This document shows, in pieces, positions 29,501-37,199 of a stretch of DNA of 64,000 nt. The DNA lies in the sequence record LR588166.1; one strand, 5' to 3'. The position numbers were made by a program, and so were the translations under genes. Under the pieces are notes generated by a model. It ran no database searches, had not been told where the DNA came from, and saw nothing but the letters and a program-made list of their open reading frames with translations. How positions within the stretch are numbered: position 1 is the stretch's first letter; every line of letters starts with the position of its first letter.

Positions 29501-32111
29501 TTGCAGAGAGTGATCTCAATATTTTTATAGTTTTAGTAGGTTTCCCGTCGTTATCCAGGACTATAGTAAATTCCACATTCTGTGCAAGGGTAGATTTATT
29601 GTATTCTACTCTTATGTCAAATATACCCGGTTCCAATTCTTCGGGTGTTACGCTTAGTTCGTATTCTTTTTGCGAAGAATCCGATACTACAAATCTATCT
29701 ATCACTCTTTGTTTAGAATTTCCGTCAAATGGCACCCAGGTATGCTCATATGTGGGATTAGAGCCAGATATTGTATAATTCCATTGTTTAAAATAATAAT
29801 AACCTTTTATTGGTTCGAATTCATTTCCGTTAAAGTATTGGAATACATCCGTGTGAAGATCGTGTCTAAACACAATATCGGATATTTGACCTAAGTTTTT
29901 TACTTCAATAGGAAATCCTAATATTTCATCGTCGTATGCACTTTCTTCATTTACTTTATACGAAAAAATCTTAGATCCAGCAAATGTAGATTGCGGGAAA
30001 CTATCTAACGAAATTGCATTGTTATTAGAGTCTAAATCAGTATAATATAAATTAAATAAAGGAGCTTGGTTAGCATTTGTTTTTCTATTATAAGTCCTTT
30101 CCCATTGTACTCCAGTATAATAGAACATGTCTCCTGCAAATGTATCTCCTTCAGTTACTAATACTACATCTCCTTTAGCAACTTTTGTGTATTTGTTAGG
30201 AATAGGGATTATACTGTTTACTACAGTATTGTCTGGCTGTTCTACTTTAACTATTTTCCATATATAGTCTGTTGCATTTAATGTAAGAGTTTCGTTATCT
30301 CTTACTATTAATTTAACAATACTATCGTCAGGCACTATATTTTTAAATTCTACTAATAGTGCATTATCTTGTTCTATTGTAAAACTAACAAAATCATCTG
30401 CAGGATTATATAAGTAGTTATACGATACTGGATCATTGTTTGCATCTCTTGTATATGCATCTATTTGAATACCTATTATATGATTACCTATATTTTGTTG
30501 AGTAAAATTAAAAGTAAAATCATTATTAAATAAAAATGTTCTTCTGGCGCCTGGTCCTTCTATTGCTTCGGCAGCCGGCTTCTTATACATGTTTACTTTA
30601 TTGTTTACATTTATTTCTACTTGGTCACCAGGCAATAACCCATCTATGTTATCATTTATGATTACATCAAATGCTAAATTAGTAGGTAAGGTAGTTCCTG
30701 TAATGGTTACAATGCTATTATTCTTGCCAACAGGTGTATTTAATGTTTCTACATTAAATGTAAACGAAGTTCTCGGCTGTCTTATAGATGTTCCTCTGTT
30801 AACTACATCTATAGTCTTAATAGTTCCTACGCTAGATGGTGTATAAAATTTATATTCAATTCCATTTGTTATGTTTTCGAAACTAACATTGTTTATATCA
30901 TACGAAATAGGATTCCATTGCAATCCTTTTGTGTCTGCAATGAAATTCATTTGGTTTAATTCATCTTCGTACGAATACCATTCAGGATTGTAAAACATTT
31001 TGTTACCACGTTTTACAATTACAAATATATCATCTGTATCAGTAAATGGCTTTCGTAATATTATATTGTATGGTGCTACATCTGCAATAAATGTATCTAC
31101 AATTGGATAAGTTATTGTGCTATTAGACAAGAAAATTAACTTATCTTGATCTTCTAATAGTTTTCCATCAATAGTGTATGATGCAGAATTTGATATACTA
31201 GAAATATTATCAGACTCGGCTACTAGATTAACTTCACCTAAGTAATTATTTCCAGATTTAAATAACTCTATATCTCTATCAAACTCTATAATAGGTCTTC
31301 TTGCCTTAACTGCATTGTTATACGTAGATGTATTAGTTGCAGAGGCAGAAGTTGCCATTACAGATTTATGATACCATTTGTTAGTGCGGGACCATGCGTT
31401 TCCATCTCTACAGCCACGTTCTATAGTGATATAATCTACCGAACCAACAGTATCTACTAAGTGAGATTCATCTTTTACTAAAATAATACCTTTTCCGACA
31501 CCTTCTACAGTTAATGGTCTATTAAATGAGGACGAGTTAGTATATTGTATTCTAAGTCCGTTAGAAAGCTGAATAGTATTACCGTTTTCTAATGTTATAC
31601 TGGCGTTCTTTTTTCCTATTATATTGTTTATTATCCATTCGTCTGCGTTTATACCGCTTTCGTTTTCTACTGTTAACATAATAACAGGCAGCCGATCTTC
31701 TATCCAATAATAATTTTGGAAATTTATAAATTTATCTAAATCTATCGGCGGACCGAAAGAATAATATCCACCAGAAAATAAAGTGTCATTATTCTTTGTA
31801 TTGGCACCATAATAATTTAACCTGTTTAACAAGTCTTGGTAAAACATTATATTTGTTTGATCTAACGTAGTAGAATCAACACTATACGAGGTTGCTTCTA
31901 ACTGATACCAAGTCCGTTCTTTAGTAGGTTCTGCTAAGTAATAATCATTTATAGGATCATGTCTACCGGGAACTCTTCTACCTATGTAAGCAGTTATATC
32001 CTCTACATTCTTTTTAGAAAATAGTTGCTCAAATGTAGCTAAAAAGAATCTTTTTTGGGTATCTGTTCTAAATATACCAGGTAACTTGTTAAACGTTTTT
32101 AATGTTGCCAT
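20538..32111 (-). CDS. giant baseplate wedge/structural protein (3857 aa)
   Basis: Uninterrupted 11.6-kb ORF directly downstream of gp6, in the T4 gp7-like position. Confidence 0.8.
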   Translation of the reverse strand: MATLKTFNKLPGIFRTDTQKRFFLATFEQLFSKKNVEDITAYIGRRVPGRHDPINDYYLAEPTKERTWYQLEATSYSVDSTTLDQTNIMFYQDLLNRLNYYGANTKNNDTLFSGGYYSFGPPIDLDKFINFQNYYWIEDRLPVIMLTVENESGINADEWIINNIIGKKNASITLENGNTIQLSNGLRIQYTNSSSFNRPLTVEGVGKGIILVKDESHLVDTVGSVDYITIERGCRDGNAWSRTNKWYHKSVMATSASATNTSTYNNAVKARRPIIEFDRDIELFKSGNNYLGEVNLVAESDNISSISNSASYTIDGKLLEDQDKLIFLSNSTITYPIVDTFIADVAPYNIILRKPFTDTDDIFVIVKRGNKMFYNPEWYSYEDELNQMNFIADTKGLQWNPISYDINNVSFENITNGIEYKFYTPSSVGTIKTIDVVNRGTSIRQPRTSFTFNVETLNTPVGKNNSIVTITGTTLPTNLAFDVIINDNIDGLLPGDQVEINVNNKVNMYKKPAAEAIEGPGARRTFLFNNDFTFNFTQQNIGNHIIGIQIDAYTRDANNDPVSYNYLYNPADDFVSFTIEQDNALLVEFKNIVPDDSIVKLIVRDNETLTLNATDYIWKIVKVEQPDNTVVNSIIPIPNKYTKVAKGDVVLVTEGDTFAGDMFYYTGVQWERTYNRKTNANQAPLFNLYYTDLDSNNNAISLDSFPQSTFAGSKIFSYKVNEESAYDDEILGFPIEVKNLGQISDIVFRHDLHTDVFQYFNGNEFEPIKGYYYFKQWNYTISGSNPTYEHTWVPFDGNSKQRVIDRFVVSDSSQKEYELSVTPEELEPGIFDIRVEYNKSTLAQNVEFTIVLDNDGKPTKTIKILRSLSATDVIQTYTYSKEALPDNALGYYQIPQQLENNPNNLEVNEYSSNELTNHFVSIMTNQIGFKGDPYSSNNNYRDTAEDKSLGTFILQNRSPLLKTMLVSSSEELNINSAIRFARDEYTRYKDKFIKYAKELIAAPLNQNTNPVNIDALFTYVINRVTSTFEYNGAFTQSYMAAWGDVYDEYNFSSASVGNTLLVPTNNILDKMDSSVLVFRRTGTSVDYNTLTIDKDYTLSYSNNNLVVKLSSTPSNTSYIVRIYNNILSAKIPATPSKIGCYPVYQPKIIVDNSYVTPTEVILGHDGSKIPTYGDIRDDLLLEFETRIYNNIADKFRLDYNLLLKLDDVKPTKFYENGYTLQQYNEIVKPYFLKWCLKNSLNYKLYSGFNSLNWKTWNYRPVSNDSIGSWRGLYKYYYNTLTPNKTPWEMLGFVEKPTWWDEEYNGDYTSQNTDMWTDIENGIIRRGNRAGTHEKYKRTGLVPNLIPSDTSGDLKTPEELGIVPQLSNQEIETLQDEWIFGDNSPVEEAWYTNSEWPFVQLELLYLMKPADFGERYWNPLDDTRAPINAKQYISSSTYTRIANSNTYAHGEVVNGNIVLNSGYQQYVFDRLSFMGKQDITYNFGSKIRSLDVCLAHRLAGYTNVDTLNVYADSISGGSTNSSMLLPNENIHVRVYTGKPITEYVFSGVAIRVNEYGKFEVRGYDVLNPVFKVVPRSTLVSGTTINVGGTTSNFTIYDTNVQYNYGDVVRYNGVYYQCVVIASQGKFNQDNWMRLKSLPATGGITVNYINEGDYSEFYEIEYGSELDTPQDVFDFLIGYGQYLELNGWKFNEIDQTTGEVLNWVTSAKGFLFWATTQWAPNNTLFVAPGASKITLEVNEGYPEKVERISNGVYSILDQNGYAISPNDTIIDRDRRTISVSHESDQIGIYLFRVSTSDTEHAILFDNKTIFNDTIYDPLLYSRQKRLQLRGIRTNDWYGKFEADGYLIQDDNLLQNFENLTDSIWHYYDTENTLDNPIIEQTARHLIGFQDREYLNNLRITGDQQYLFYKGMISQKGTKQSVDKLLRSEFIKSNENIQIYEEFAFKLADFGATNSNAQLEVLIDGDLVKSDPQIVELSYPVSYGTGKVSEVRVLSSEMIYTTTPIIVFATPEEANAGLDPNVDAYLQGNQLNSPNNNIVEEIRATGQVVLKNGRIDSVTITEPGYGYIKPPKIAIIYNQTVITIDKLISIIKNKIDEDSPYDMIITIDSDDNERWLSKPNGRMPVIVGNEIKYNDRLVPTTKQLDGNIPTAGYVNTKDVTHQILYPKNIFTLWERKDVSKPSLTSYIWVGNASSVGIDWGVFVIYSGLTPATNALYPYCVINNMVYSYTVDSDGVIDAIFDKEGKQVTNVPIQNPLFFKNVRFKNNASVNVTSGKVWIDSINSDNDWAVAVVSGSTITNIRSRQNLVDSKLFENAYFYDKDTKQTIDFLPVYDPVKGLIPGTADRNIHYKSEIDPTTYSVSANSANIDDELAFTDSEVGRLWWDTSTCRYLQYEQPGKLDGSETKEQILEYRRDNWGKLFPGSVINVYEWVSSPFTPDLYNGTGTPKSLTDYVVRYDTNSAGQATPIYYYWVKGKQEIPNNIKSRNMTSTSVENLITNPKSQGYKWFSFIGNNSFVFSNVSKTINGKTPVFQVNYRYTKNINEKHTEWKLLREGDEVSVIPTYLWNRLVDSLVGYNINGDIVPDPTLSEFSKLGIKVRPRQSMIDNRMAARKVFVQNANSLLSTISIKDFNPAWADGLASSVLWRYVNWYADGFNQFNTTPVKQVSTVGELTGLVGKLKDGDIVKLVRPEEFTLYQYSNQNFTLIGRQNSAIQLLPAIYTVSRSYTNDNALRELIFALYNNVFKDANLVMRNLVFFALINYILSEQQNLDWVFKTTYIKVNQEGESLTQQESVTTDPIQSFISYIKEIKPYTTKIRDLGVKYNVPMDIANGTAYDYDSLYDWPDDHEGEQAPFRPIEVPRLFDINSLYDRVQCGYITKPNYIDLGDQTFIGTGGQVVLIANTPNDEFIALDGISQYQLGANKDISRITSVTINGQEIEGYTFTTILNATFIILPSTPDAGDVIIVNYTDIKSVWKIKVDGKTITKEQYDVEINENGYLQVTFKSNTLIKIGSKIKLYSGTEFTQTPLEEMRLEYNARQPGKVLKPIFDLAIDPAGKIAGGWGIPKWGQLRWGIPGTIQEGNRQLWTEYLQYSGAAGRYILYQTDLQRDILSAAPINGSYPYSSFTERLYESSAGERDVLFQFNERFGDEYGCDYEGKVIDAKDFEYIFSRPWDSTKWDEYAWDASTATYVITPNYTETSATVISEGKTTFVIRYVVDITGVTLNGSSTQYTATKGSNFTSIEVPGAVEGDEIVFTFNPVTNTFNSDTSKPIIDGAYFEDTNVREGIPEEQALVSPTENMVIIVDSNAKTTEVQYVVTNTDTSNPFVKIVLTEKIVLQDIIGLVINGDPNTEDKLKFNIDNNGINTVVIAYPTSFSTGDIISVVYKDNYTSQTTVANDYRFDTNSVVRDNTQGYITVDLRNTKQNKDINTWDTFAWDPSIDSPENADSVYLLPIDMPTIANPDEVVAQASGQLTYKFVDITANGVDTMIHTGMNILPNRVQGVYSSGVAMYGYTVVVDNSGITPELVINFEIAPSAGTVITVKYQSYSIMKLDDYVSYVMNKYNITSVTTSEYKLQTIDMFVAANKRMISVSNNLYTRKSKEMLYTNTKLFTVDTSIRNFVGETVYINGISKTKDKDYTIEFTNITGDNAKLLVVYKGTLNAGDIIRIDWTETNIQKVTDIVNNSWVAVFNEQHNFINPVTMQGDNVVIKYPAKPLSFRVHLDEMGETHYVRISDYYSTRLAKPLKLTDKSIELVDASAIVDPSSSKPGVVWIGTERIEFLYKRGNKLHGLTRGSLGTSVYTGTNGDTTVPLYTRVFDGSYKQEQEDTGKYIWENNNGGLALSTTPWAIFLQNRPGSGLTP

Positions 32112-32117
32112 TTTTAG

Positions 32118-35100
32118 TTAAATTCTCATATTCATTTCTGTTAAGTTATTTACTATCTCTACATTAGCTACAGTTGCAGTAGATATAAACAATTCATCTG
32201 ATTCTGCTCTAATTTGGAATAAATTACCAAATTTAGAAGTTTGTTCTATAGGTACTATAACAACCGAACCTATAACTCCCGCTAGGGTTTGGTGAATGTA
32301 TGCTGCTAATTCTGTATAATAGAATGATTCACCGAAATCCCAGTTGTTTATGTTAAAATATTCGTCTATTGCAGAAACAACTTTAGATTTTATTTCGTTA
32401 TCAGTTAAAGTAGTAGAACCTACTTTAACTACTTTGAATGTACATTTGTATTCTTCTCTTGCTTGCTGACCAAATAATACTTTAAATCTAGCAGGCTGGA
32501 ATACAATTTGGTCTGACAGCATTTTGTATGTACTAAGATCACCAAATTGTATTCTTAGTTCTTCAGTAGTAGGCGATTCAGGGAAACGTTCGATAGGTAA
32601 ATTTTGATTTTTCCATTTAAGGATATCGTCATAATACGATTGTGTTAAAGTTACCATATCTACAATATTACTTATACTAGGATCTATTCTGTTATCCGAA
32701 GGAGCATAATGTTTCCATTTATAATGCAACGGATAAAACTGAGAATCCTCATTCTGTGTATAACCCCTTCCGTTACTAACACTATGATCGTCATCAAACA
32801 CATATGATAATACAGCATAACTTGCAGTTAATGTCATAAACTGTGCTAATGAAGACGAATTAGCCTTCGCTGCGGTTATACCTGTTATTTCATTAATAGT
32901 TTGATTATTTCCATTGTTAATGCGTATTGTTTCAAAAATACGACTACCAGGAGAATCTAAATTCTGTGTTACAATATTTATTCCGTCATTTTCTATGCGT
33001 TCTATAAAAATAGTTGTCCCATCAACACTATTGTTACTATTATAATTATCAGAATATATTGCTTCTAATACTTTAGTCCTTAGTAATGATTTAAAAGATG
33101 ATTCTGCTGCACTTGCAATTAAAACCAAGTCCCTTGCAACAACATCATTATAATTAAAATCTAAACTATTAGGATTCTGTTGGCGAAGATCTAGCCAAGA
33201 TGCTTGCCATAATCTATTATATTCATATCCGTCGTAATCTGTAGTTTTTTCATGAAAAACTAAATCAGTAGGTGAAACAAATTGTTCGAAAATAAAAGTA
33301 TTATCTGGTATACCGTCTCTATCTCTATCTGCAGGAACTACTACTATTTTTCTAGGATCACTATAGCCGTCGGATTCTATAAATGTTTGGAAAGAATTCC
33401 AGACAATAGAATTACCCAATTGACCTTGATTAGAATAAAATATTCGTATAATATCGTTAACTTGTTGCCCTACGTATTCTGCATCTAAAACGCCAGCAGA
33501 TGCAGCGCCTGTTGGCAATGCACCCGGTAATAATATGCCGTTTTGCCAGTACTGAATTTCTTTAGGTAAAGTATCTCTGTATTTTAAAATTATTTTGTTG
33601 TCAGGATATGTTAAACTAACTATACCATTAACCAAACGCCATTGACCGTTTCCGATAAACTGCCAATTTTCTACTATAGTAGGACCTGTGTTAATTCCTA
33701 GTATTTCTATTTCATCTCTTTGTGCAGAACCAGTGTTTATGTCATATTCGGTTTCGTCTGTATCGTAATAAAATTCTACAGTACCGTTTGTTTCAAATAT
33801 AAACTTTGTTCCTCTTGATAAAAATGTATAATTATCTGTTTCAGTAGAATATGTTAAAACAAGCATCCAGTCTTTTCTAACTGCAGGCTGAGATAAAGAT
33901 AAATCGAATTCAAAATTATCTAAATTTGTAGTAGGTACGCCTAATACAATAAACCACGAACCTTCTGGATCTACATCTATATCGTACTTTAAACCAAATT
34001 CATTTCTTCTAAATAGTTGATTTGCTATATCTGTAGTTTCTTCTGTATCAAACGTTGTTTTATATCTAGGATATACACTATCTACATACCAATTTGCTGG
34101 AATTTCTATATCAAATACAAATAAACTTGCGTTTAATCTAGTTGCAATAAACTCATTATCTGTAGTTGCATCCCCTTGTGACACCGGGTTAGTAATACTT
34201 TTAACGGTTACTTCTTTATATTCTGTACCGTTTGTAAATTTAATTTTAGATCCGACGGAAAGGAATCTAAATTCCCCTTCTGGTCTATTATTATAATTCG
34301 TAGGATATATATAGTTGGTAGATCCTTTAACTAAGTATCCTGTATTAGTTGCATCAGACGATGGATACGTTACCCACTTTGCTTGAGTAGAAGTGTATCT
34401 AAATATATTAGGAACTCCGGGACGAACAATAGAGGTATTTATGGGGTTAGGAGTTGGGTTTTGTCTATATCTTATATACTCACTCAGGTAATTATTCCAA
34501 TAAAAGTTGATTAAATCTTGATTTCTAATAAATGTCTGTAAATTATTTCTAACTACTATATTTTCGCTAACTAATTTATCACCCATTGCTACTGTAGTAG
34601 AAGGCACCGTACTCTGATTGTATATAGAACCATCTTCGCCGAAAATATTTAAATTTTGATGAAATCCGGTGGGATCGTTAATATCTATGTATCTAGAATG
34701 TCCAGAATGAGTTCTATTGATAGCATGAACTTTTGCAATAGAACTACCCTGCGTTAACGGGAAAACATTATAATCCTCGTTGTTTACCATTCTATCTTGG
34801 GTATAGTATACTTGCGGTGCTCTGGTTTTTATCTCATCGTTTGTTTCTGTAGGCGAAGAATTAGATATAGTTTGTTCTAAACTAAAAATTAATCGAAGAT
34901 CATATTGTTGAGAATCCGCACCTATATACGGTATTACTAATTCCATCCCGGATGCTTCTTCTGGACGTAAAGTAAAAGTAGTGTTAGATGAAACTCTATA
35001 CCATACTCTAAATGTACCTGTAGGAATAGTACCGAAATTTCCATCAGAGAATTTAACAGAAATTTGATCATTGACTCTAGAAACTACTTCAAATATATTT

Positions 35101-36077
35101 CTTATACCTAAGTTAATACTATTATAAATTATATTTGTTCCACCCGAAACATTAGGTACCTTAGTCCATTTTTCTTCAACAGTTCCAATTTCGTTAATCT
35201 CTTGGACCCACACATCAGTTTCGTTTATATTTCTATCATTTATATCTATAATTCTATTTTGAACAGGAAAATCGAATGCAAAATCTTTAAATGCAAGAGT
35301 ACCTTGTTTAAATTGCAAAAAGAAACCTGTGTTTGCAGAATCTAACCCCTGGCCATCGTTCCTGTATATAACATGAAACGCATCGTCTGGATCGGGTTGT
35401 CTTTCCGTAAATGTTTCGTCAAAATCTGAGTTAACTACTTCAAACGGTAAGGCGACATTATTAACAACTATCGGTATAGGAAATGCAACGTTTACCCTTT
35501 TTACGTTGTTTAATTGATATAAGCTAGTAGGTATATTACCTACTGTTCCACTTTTAAATGGTCTACCGAATGGATTAGTAGAAGCAAATGCCGCATTTAA
35601 TATAGTTATAAACTTGTCATAACTATCTATATCGTTAGGATCATTCCAAAATACAGTTCTATTATTTAAATTCCTTTCTTGAGAATCTGTAACTGGTTCC
35701 GACGTTTGCACACCTATTAATTTAAATAACCCTTTAGCAGGTATATTTCGTTTAGGTTGATAGTTTATCATTCTAGCTAAACGTATAATGCTATCCCTAC
35801 GCTCAGCAGTATCCATAAAGTTTTCTCTAGAATTTAAATCCATTCTGAATGCAAGACTAGTTCCTAGATATGCAAGCAATTCAATAATAGCAATAAATTC
35901 AGAGCTTTCTATGTAATCATTAAAATCTTCAGGATAATGAATTTGAACATAATTAACTAATGCAGTCTTTAAGGAATCAAAATCATATGCTTTGAAATCG
36001 ACGTCCTTGAAACTTTTATATATTTTTCTATAATCTTCCGCTGCGAACAGATTAGATTGTCTTACGTCTTGTGACAT
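32118..36077 (-). CDS. gp6: baseplate wedge subunit, T4 gp6-like (extended)
   Basis: YDFDSLK..L..Y...DFND..ESSE..LAY..ENF..TA.RR.S...LA....Y.PKR N-terminus. Confidence 0.85.
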   Translation of the reverse strand: MSQDVRQSNLFAAEDYRKIYKSFKDVDFKAYDFDSLKTALVNYVQIHYPEDFNDYIESSEFIAIIELLAYLGTSLAFRMDLNSRENFMDTAERRDSIIRLARMINYQPKRNIPAKGLFKLIGVQTSEPVTDSQERNLNNRTVFWNDPNDIDSYDKFITILNAAFASTNPFGRPFKSGTVGNIPTSLYQLNNVKRVNVAFPIPIVVNNVALPFEVVNSDFDETFTERQPDPDDAFHVIYRNDGQGLDSANTGFFLQFKQGTLAFKDFAFDFPVQNRIIDINDRNINETDVWVQEINEIGTVEEKWTKVPNVSGGTNIIYNSINLGIRNIFEVVSRVNDQISVKFSDGNFGTIPTGTFRVWYRVSSNTTFTLRPEEASGMELVIPYIGADSQQYDLRLIFSLEQTISNSSPTETNDEIKTRAPQVYYTQDRMVNNEDYNVFPLTQGSSIAKVHAINRTHSGHSRYIDINDPTGFHQNLNIFGEDGSIYNQSTVPSTTVAMGDKLVSENIVVRNNLQTFIRNQDLINFYWNNYLSEYIRYRQNPTPNPINTSIVRPGVPNIFRYTSTQAKWVTYPSSDATNTGYLVKGSTNYIYPTNYNNRPEGEFRFLSVGSKIKFTNGTEYKEVTVKSITNPVSQGDATTDNEFIATRLNASLFVFDIEIPANWYVDSVYPRYKTTFDTEETTDIANQLFRRNEFGLKYDIDVDPEGSWFIVLGVPTTNLDNFEFDLSLSQPAVRKDWMLVLTYSTETDNYTFLSRGTKFIFETNGTVEFYYDTDETEYDINTGSAQRDEIEILGINTGPTIVENWQFIGNGQWRLVNGIVSLTYPDNKIILKYRDTLPKEIQYWQNGILLPGALPTGAASAGVLDAEYVGQQVNDIIRIFYSNQGQLGNSIVWNSFQTFIESDGYSDPRKIVVVPADRDRDGIPDNTFIFEQFVSPTDLVFHEKTTDYDGYEYNRLWQASWLDLRQQNPNSLDFNYNDVVARDLVLIASAAESSFKSLLRTKVLEAIYSDNYNSNNSVDGTTIFIERIENDGINIVTQNLDSPGSRIFETIRINNGNNQTINEITGITAAKANSSSLAQFMTLTASYAVLSYVFDDDHSVSNGRGYTQNEDSQFYPLHYKWKHYAPSDNRIDPSISNIVDMVTLTQSYYDDILKWKNQNLPIERFPESPTTEELRIQFGDLSTYKMLSDQIVFQPARFKVLFGQQAREEYKCTFKVVKVGSTTLTDNEIKSKVVSAIDEYFNINNWDFGESFYYTELAAYIHQTLAGVIGSVVIVPIEQTSKFGNLFQIRAESDELFISTATVANVEIVNNLTEMNMRI

Positions 36078-36091
36078 GAATTAATTCCTAC

Positions 36092-36484
36092 TTATAATCT
36101 ATCTATGTTAGAACTATTTTCTTGAGTAAAAATAGCAATAAGCCTTTCTGGGGTTTGGTATGGCAAAAATGTAAGTAATACCTCTATTCTTATTCCGTTG
36201 TGAAGTTGTATTACTTTTATATCGTCATCGCTATTTAATTGAACTCTCGGGTCAGAACCAATTACGTCCTTGACATCATCTACAACTATTCCTACTGTAT
36301 ATTCGTCTAGGGGATCCATTACATAGTCGTGTATGATACTTCCAAATTCGGGTAACATAACTCGTTCGCCCTTTCTTGTATAGAAATGATTCATTAAATC
36401 TACTTTAACTAAATCTATGTCATTTACTTGATACGGTGGCCTAACTTTACCTACCGTAGAAAATCCAATAAACACTTTTGCCAC
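36092..36484 (-). CDS. gp25: baseplate wedge subunit gp25-like (GPW/gp25)
   Basis: DL.N.F.TRKGER.M.PEFGS...DPRV. Confidence 0.85.
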   Translation of the reverse strand: MAKVFIGFSTVGKVRPPYQVNDIDLVKVDLMNHFYTRKGERVMLPEFGSIIHDYVMDPLDEYTVGIVVDDVKDVIGSDPRVQLNSDDDIKVIQLHNGIRIEVLLTFLPYQTPERLIAIFTQENSSNIDRL

Positions 36485-36507
36485 TTTATTATTCCTGTTT
36501 ATTTCAA

Positions 36508-36515
36508 TATTTATC
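36508..36515 (-). promoter_or_regulatory. late promoter candidate GATAAATA
   Basis: Upstream of gp25; same octamer recurs at other late gene starts. Confidence 0.6.
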
Positions 36516-36539
36516 TGGATATTTTTCTACATACTTAAC

Positions 36540-36568
36540 TTGACGGATAACAGTAAAATTAGTATACT
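36540..36568 (+). promoter_or_regulatory. sigma70 promoter
   Basis: TTGACG-17-TATACT. Confidence 0.7.
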
Positions 36569-36620
36569 GTGTACATGTTAAGTAATTCCGCTTAACAGTA
36601 ACCAAGCTAAGAAAAAGAAA

Positions 36621-36863
36621 ATGGCAAAAGAAAAAGTAACTTTCCCTATCTATAAATTCAACCGCATTGCAGAAATGGCTGACAAATATAATTCTAAAAC
36701 TAAGACACAACGGTTTCAAGTTATGTCTAAGTTTAAAGGAACTCAGCTCATAGAAGTTGGACTGTACGATACTAAAGATAAGAAATATGTACTAGTAGAT
36801 ACACGCCATTATACAATGGATGATTGTATAAAAGAAATGGAATCTATGATTTCGGGAAAGTAA
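36621..36863 (+). CDS. hypothetical protein (80 aa), antisense to the baseplate operon
   Basis: Own promoter; hairpin terminator 36878..36907. Confidence 0.75.
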   Translation: MAKEKVTFPIYKFNRIAEMADKYNSKTKTQRFQVMSKFKGTQLIEVGLYDTKDKKYVLVDTRHYTMDDCIKEMESMISGK

Positions 36864-36907
36864 CTTAAACAGAAGGGAGGGGGTTAAGTAACTAACCCCC
36901 TATTTTT

Positions 36908-37192
36908 ATGCCCGGAAAATTAAAGTATCATAATAGCTACGACTTTATATGCGGCGTCTATGTTATCGCAAAAGATTCCCACAAGGAACAGTATGTATGC
37001 ATAGCTTTATCTGAAGACTTAGACGAAGAATATATATTTAATGAAATCGATTTTTATAGTGTACGCTATATAAAAGATAATTTCTACGATGTATATTGTA
37101 AATTCGATTTATTTACTTTTGCTAGAATGTTGGCAACACATTTAGAATTATTGTACGACAGAAGATACAATTATTTTAATGATGATTTATAA
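36908..37192 (+). CDS. hypothetical protein (94 aa)
   Basis: Ends at bidirectional hairpin AAAGGAGCAT-t-ATGCTCCTTT (37191..37211). Confidence 0.6.
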   Translation: MPGKLKYHNSYDFICGVYVIAKDSHKEQYVCIALSEDLDEEYIFNEIDFYSVRYIKDNFYDVYCKFDLFTFARMLATHLELLYDRRYNYFNDDL

Positions 37193-37199
37193 AGGAGCA

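Noticed and set aside
16768-31000. Plus-strand ORFs of 60-143 aa opposite the structural genes, and similar ORFs opposite the head genes
   Set aside because: Antisense shadows of long coding frames with no RBS or promoter support.
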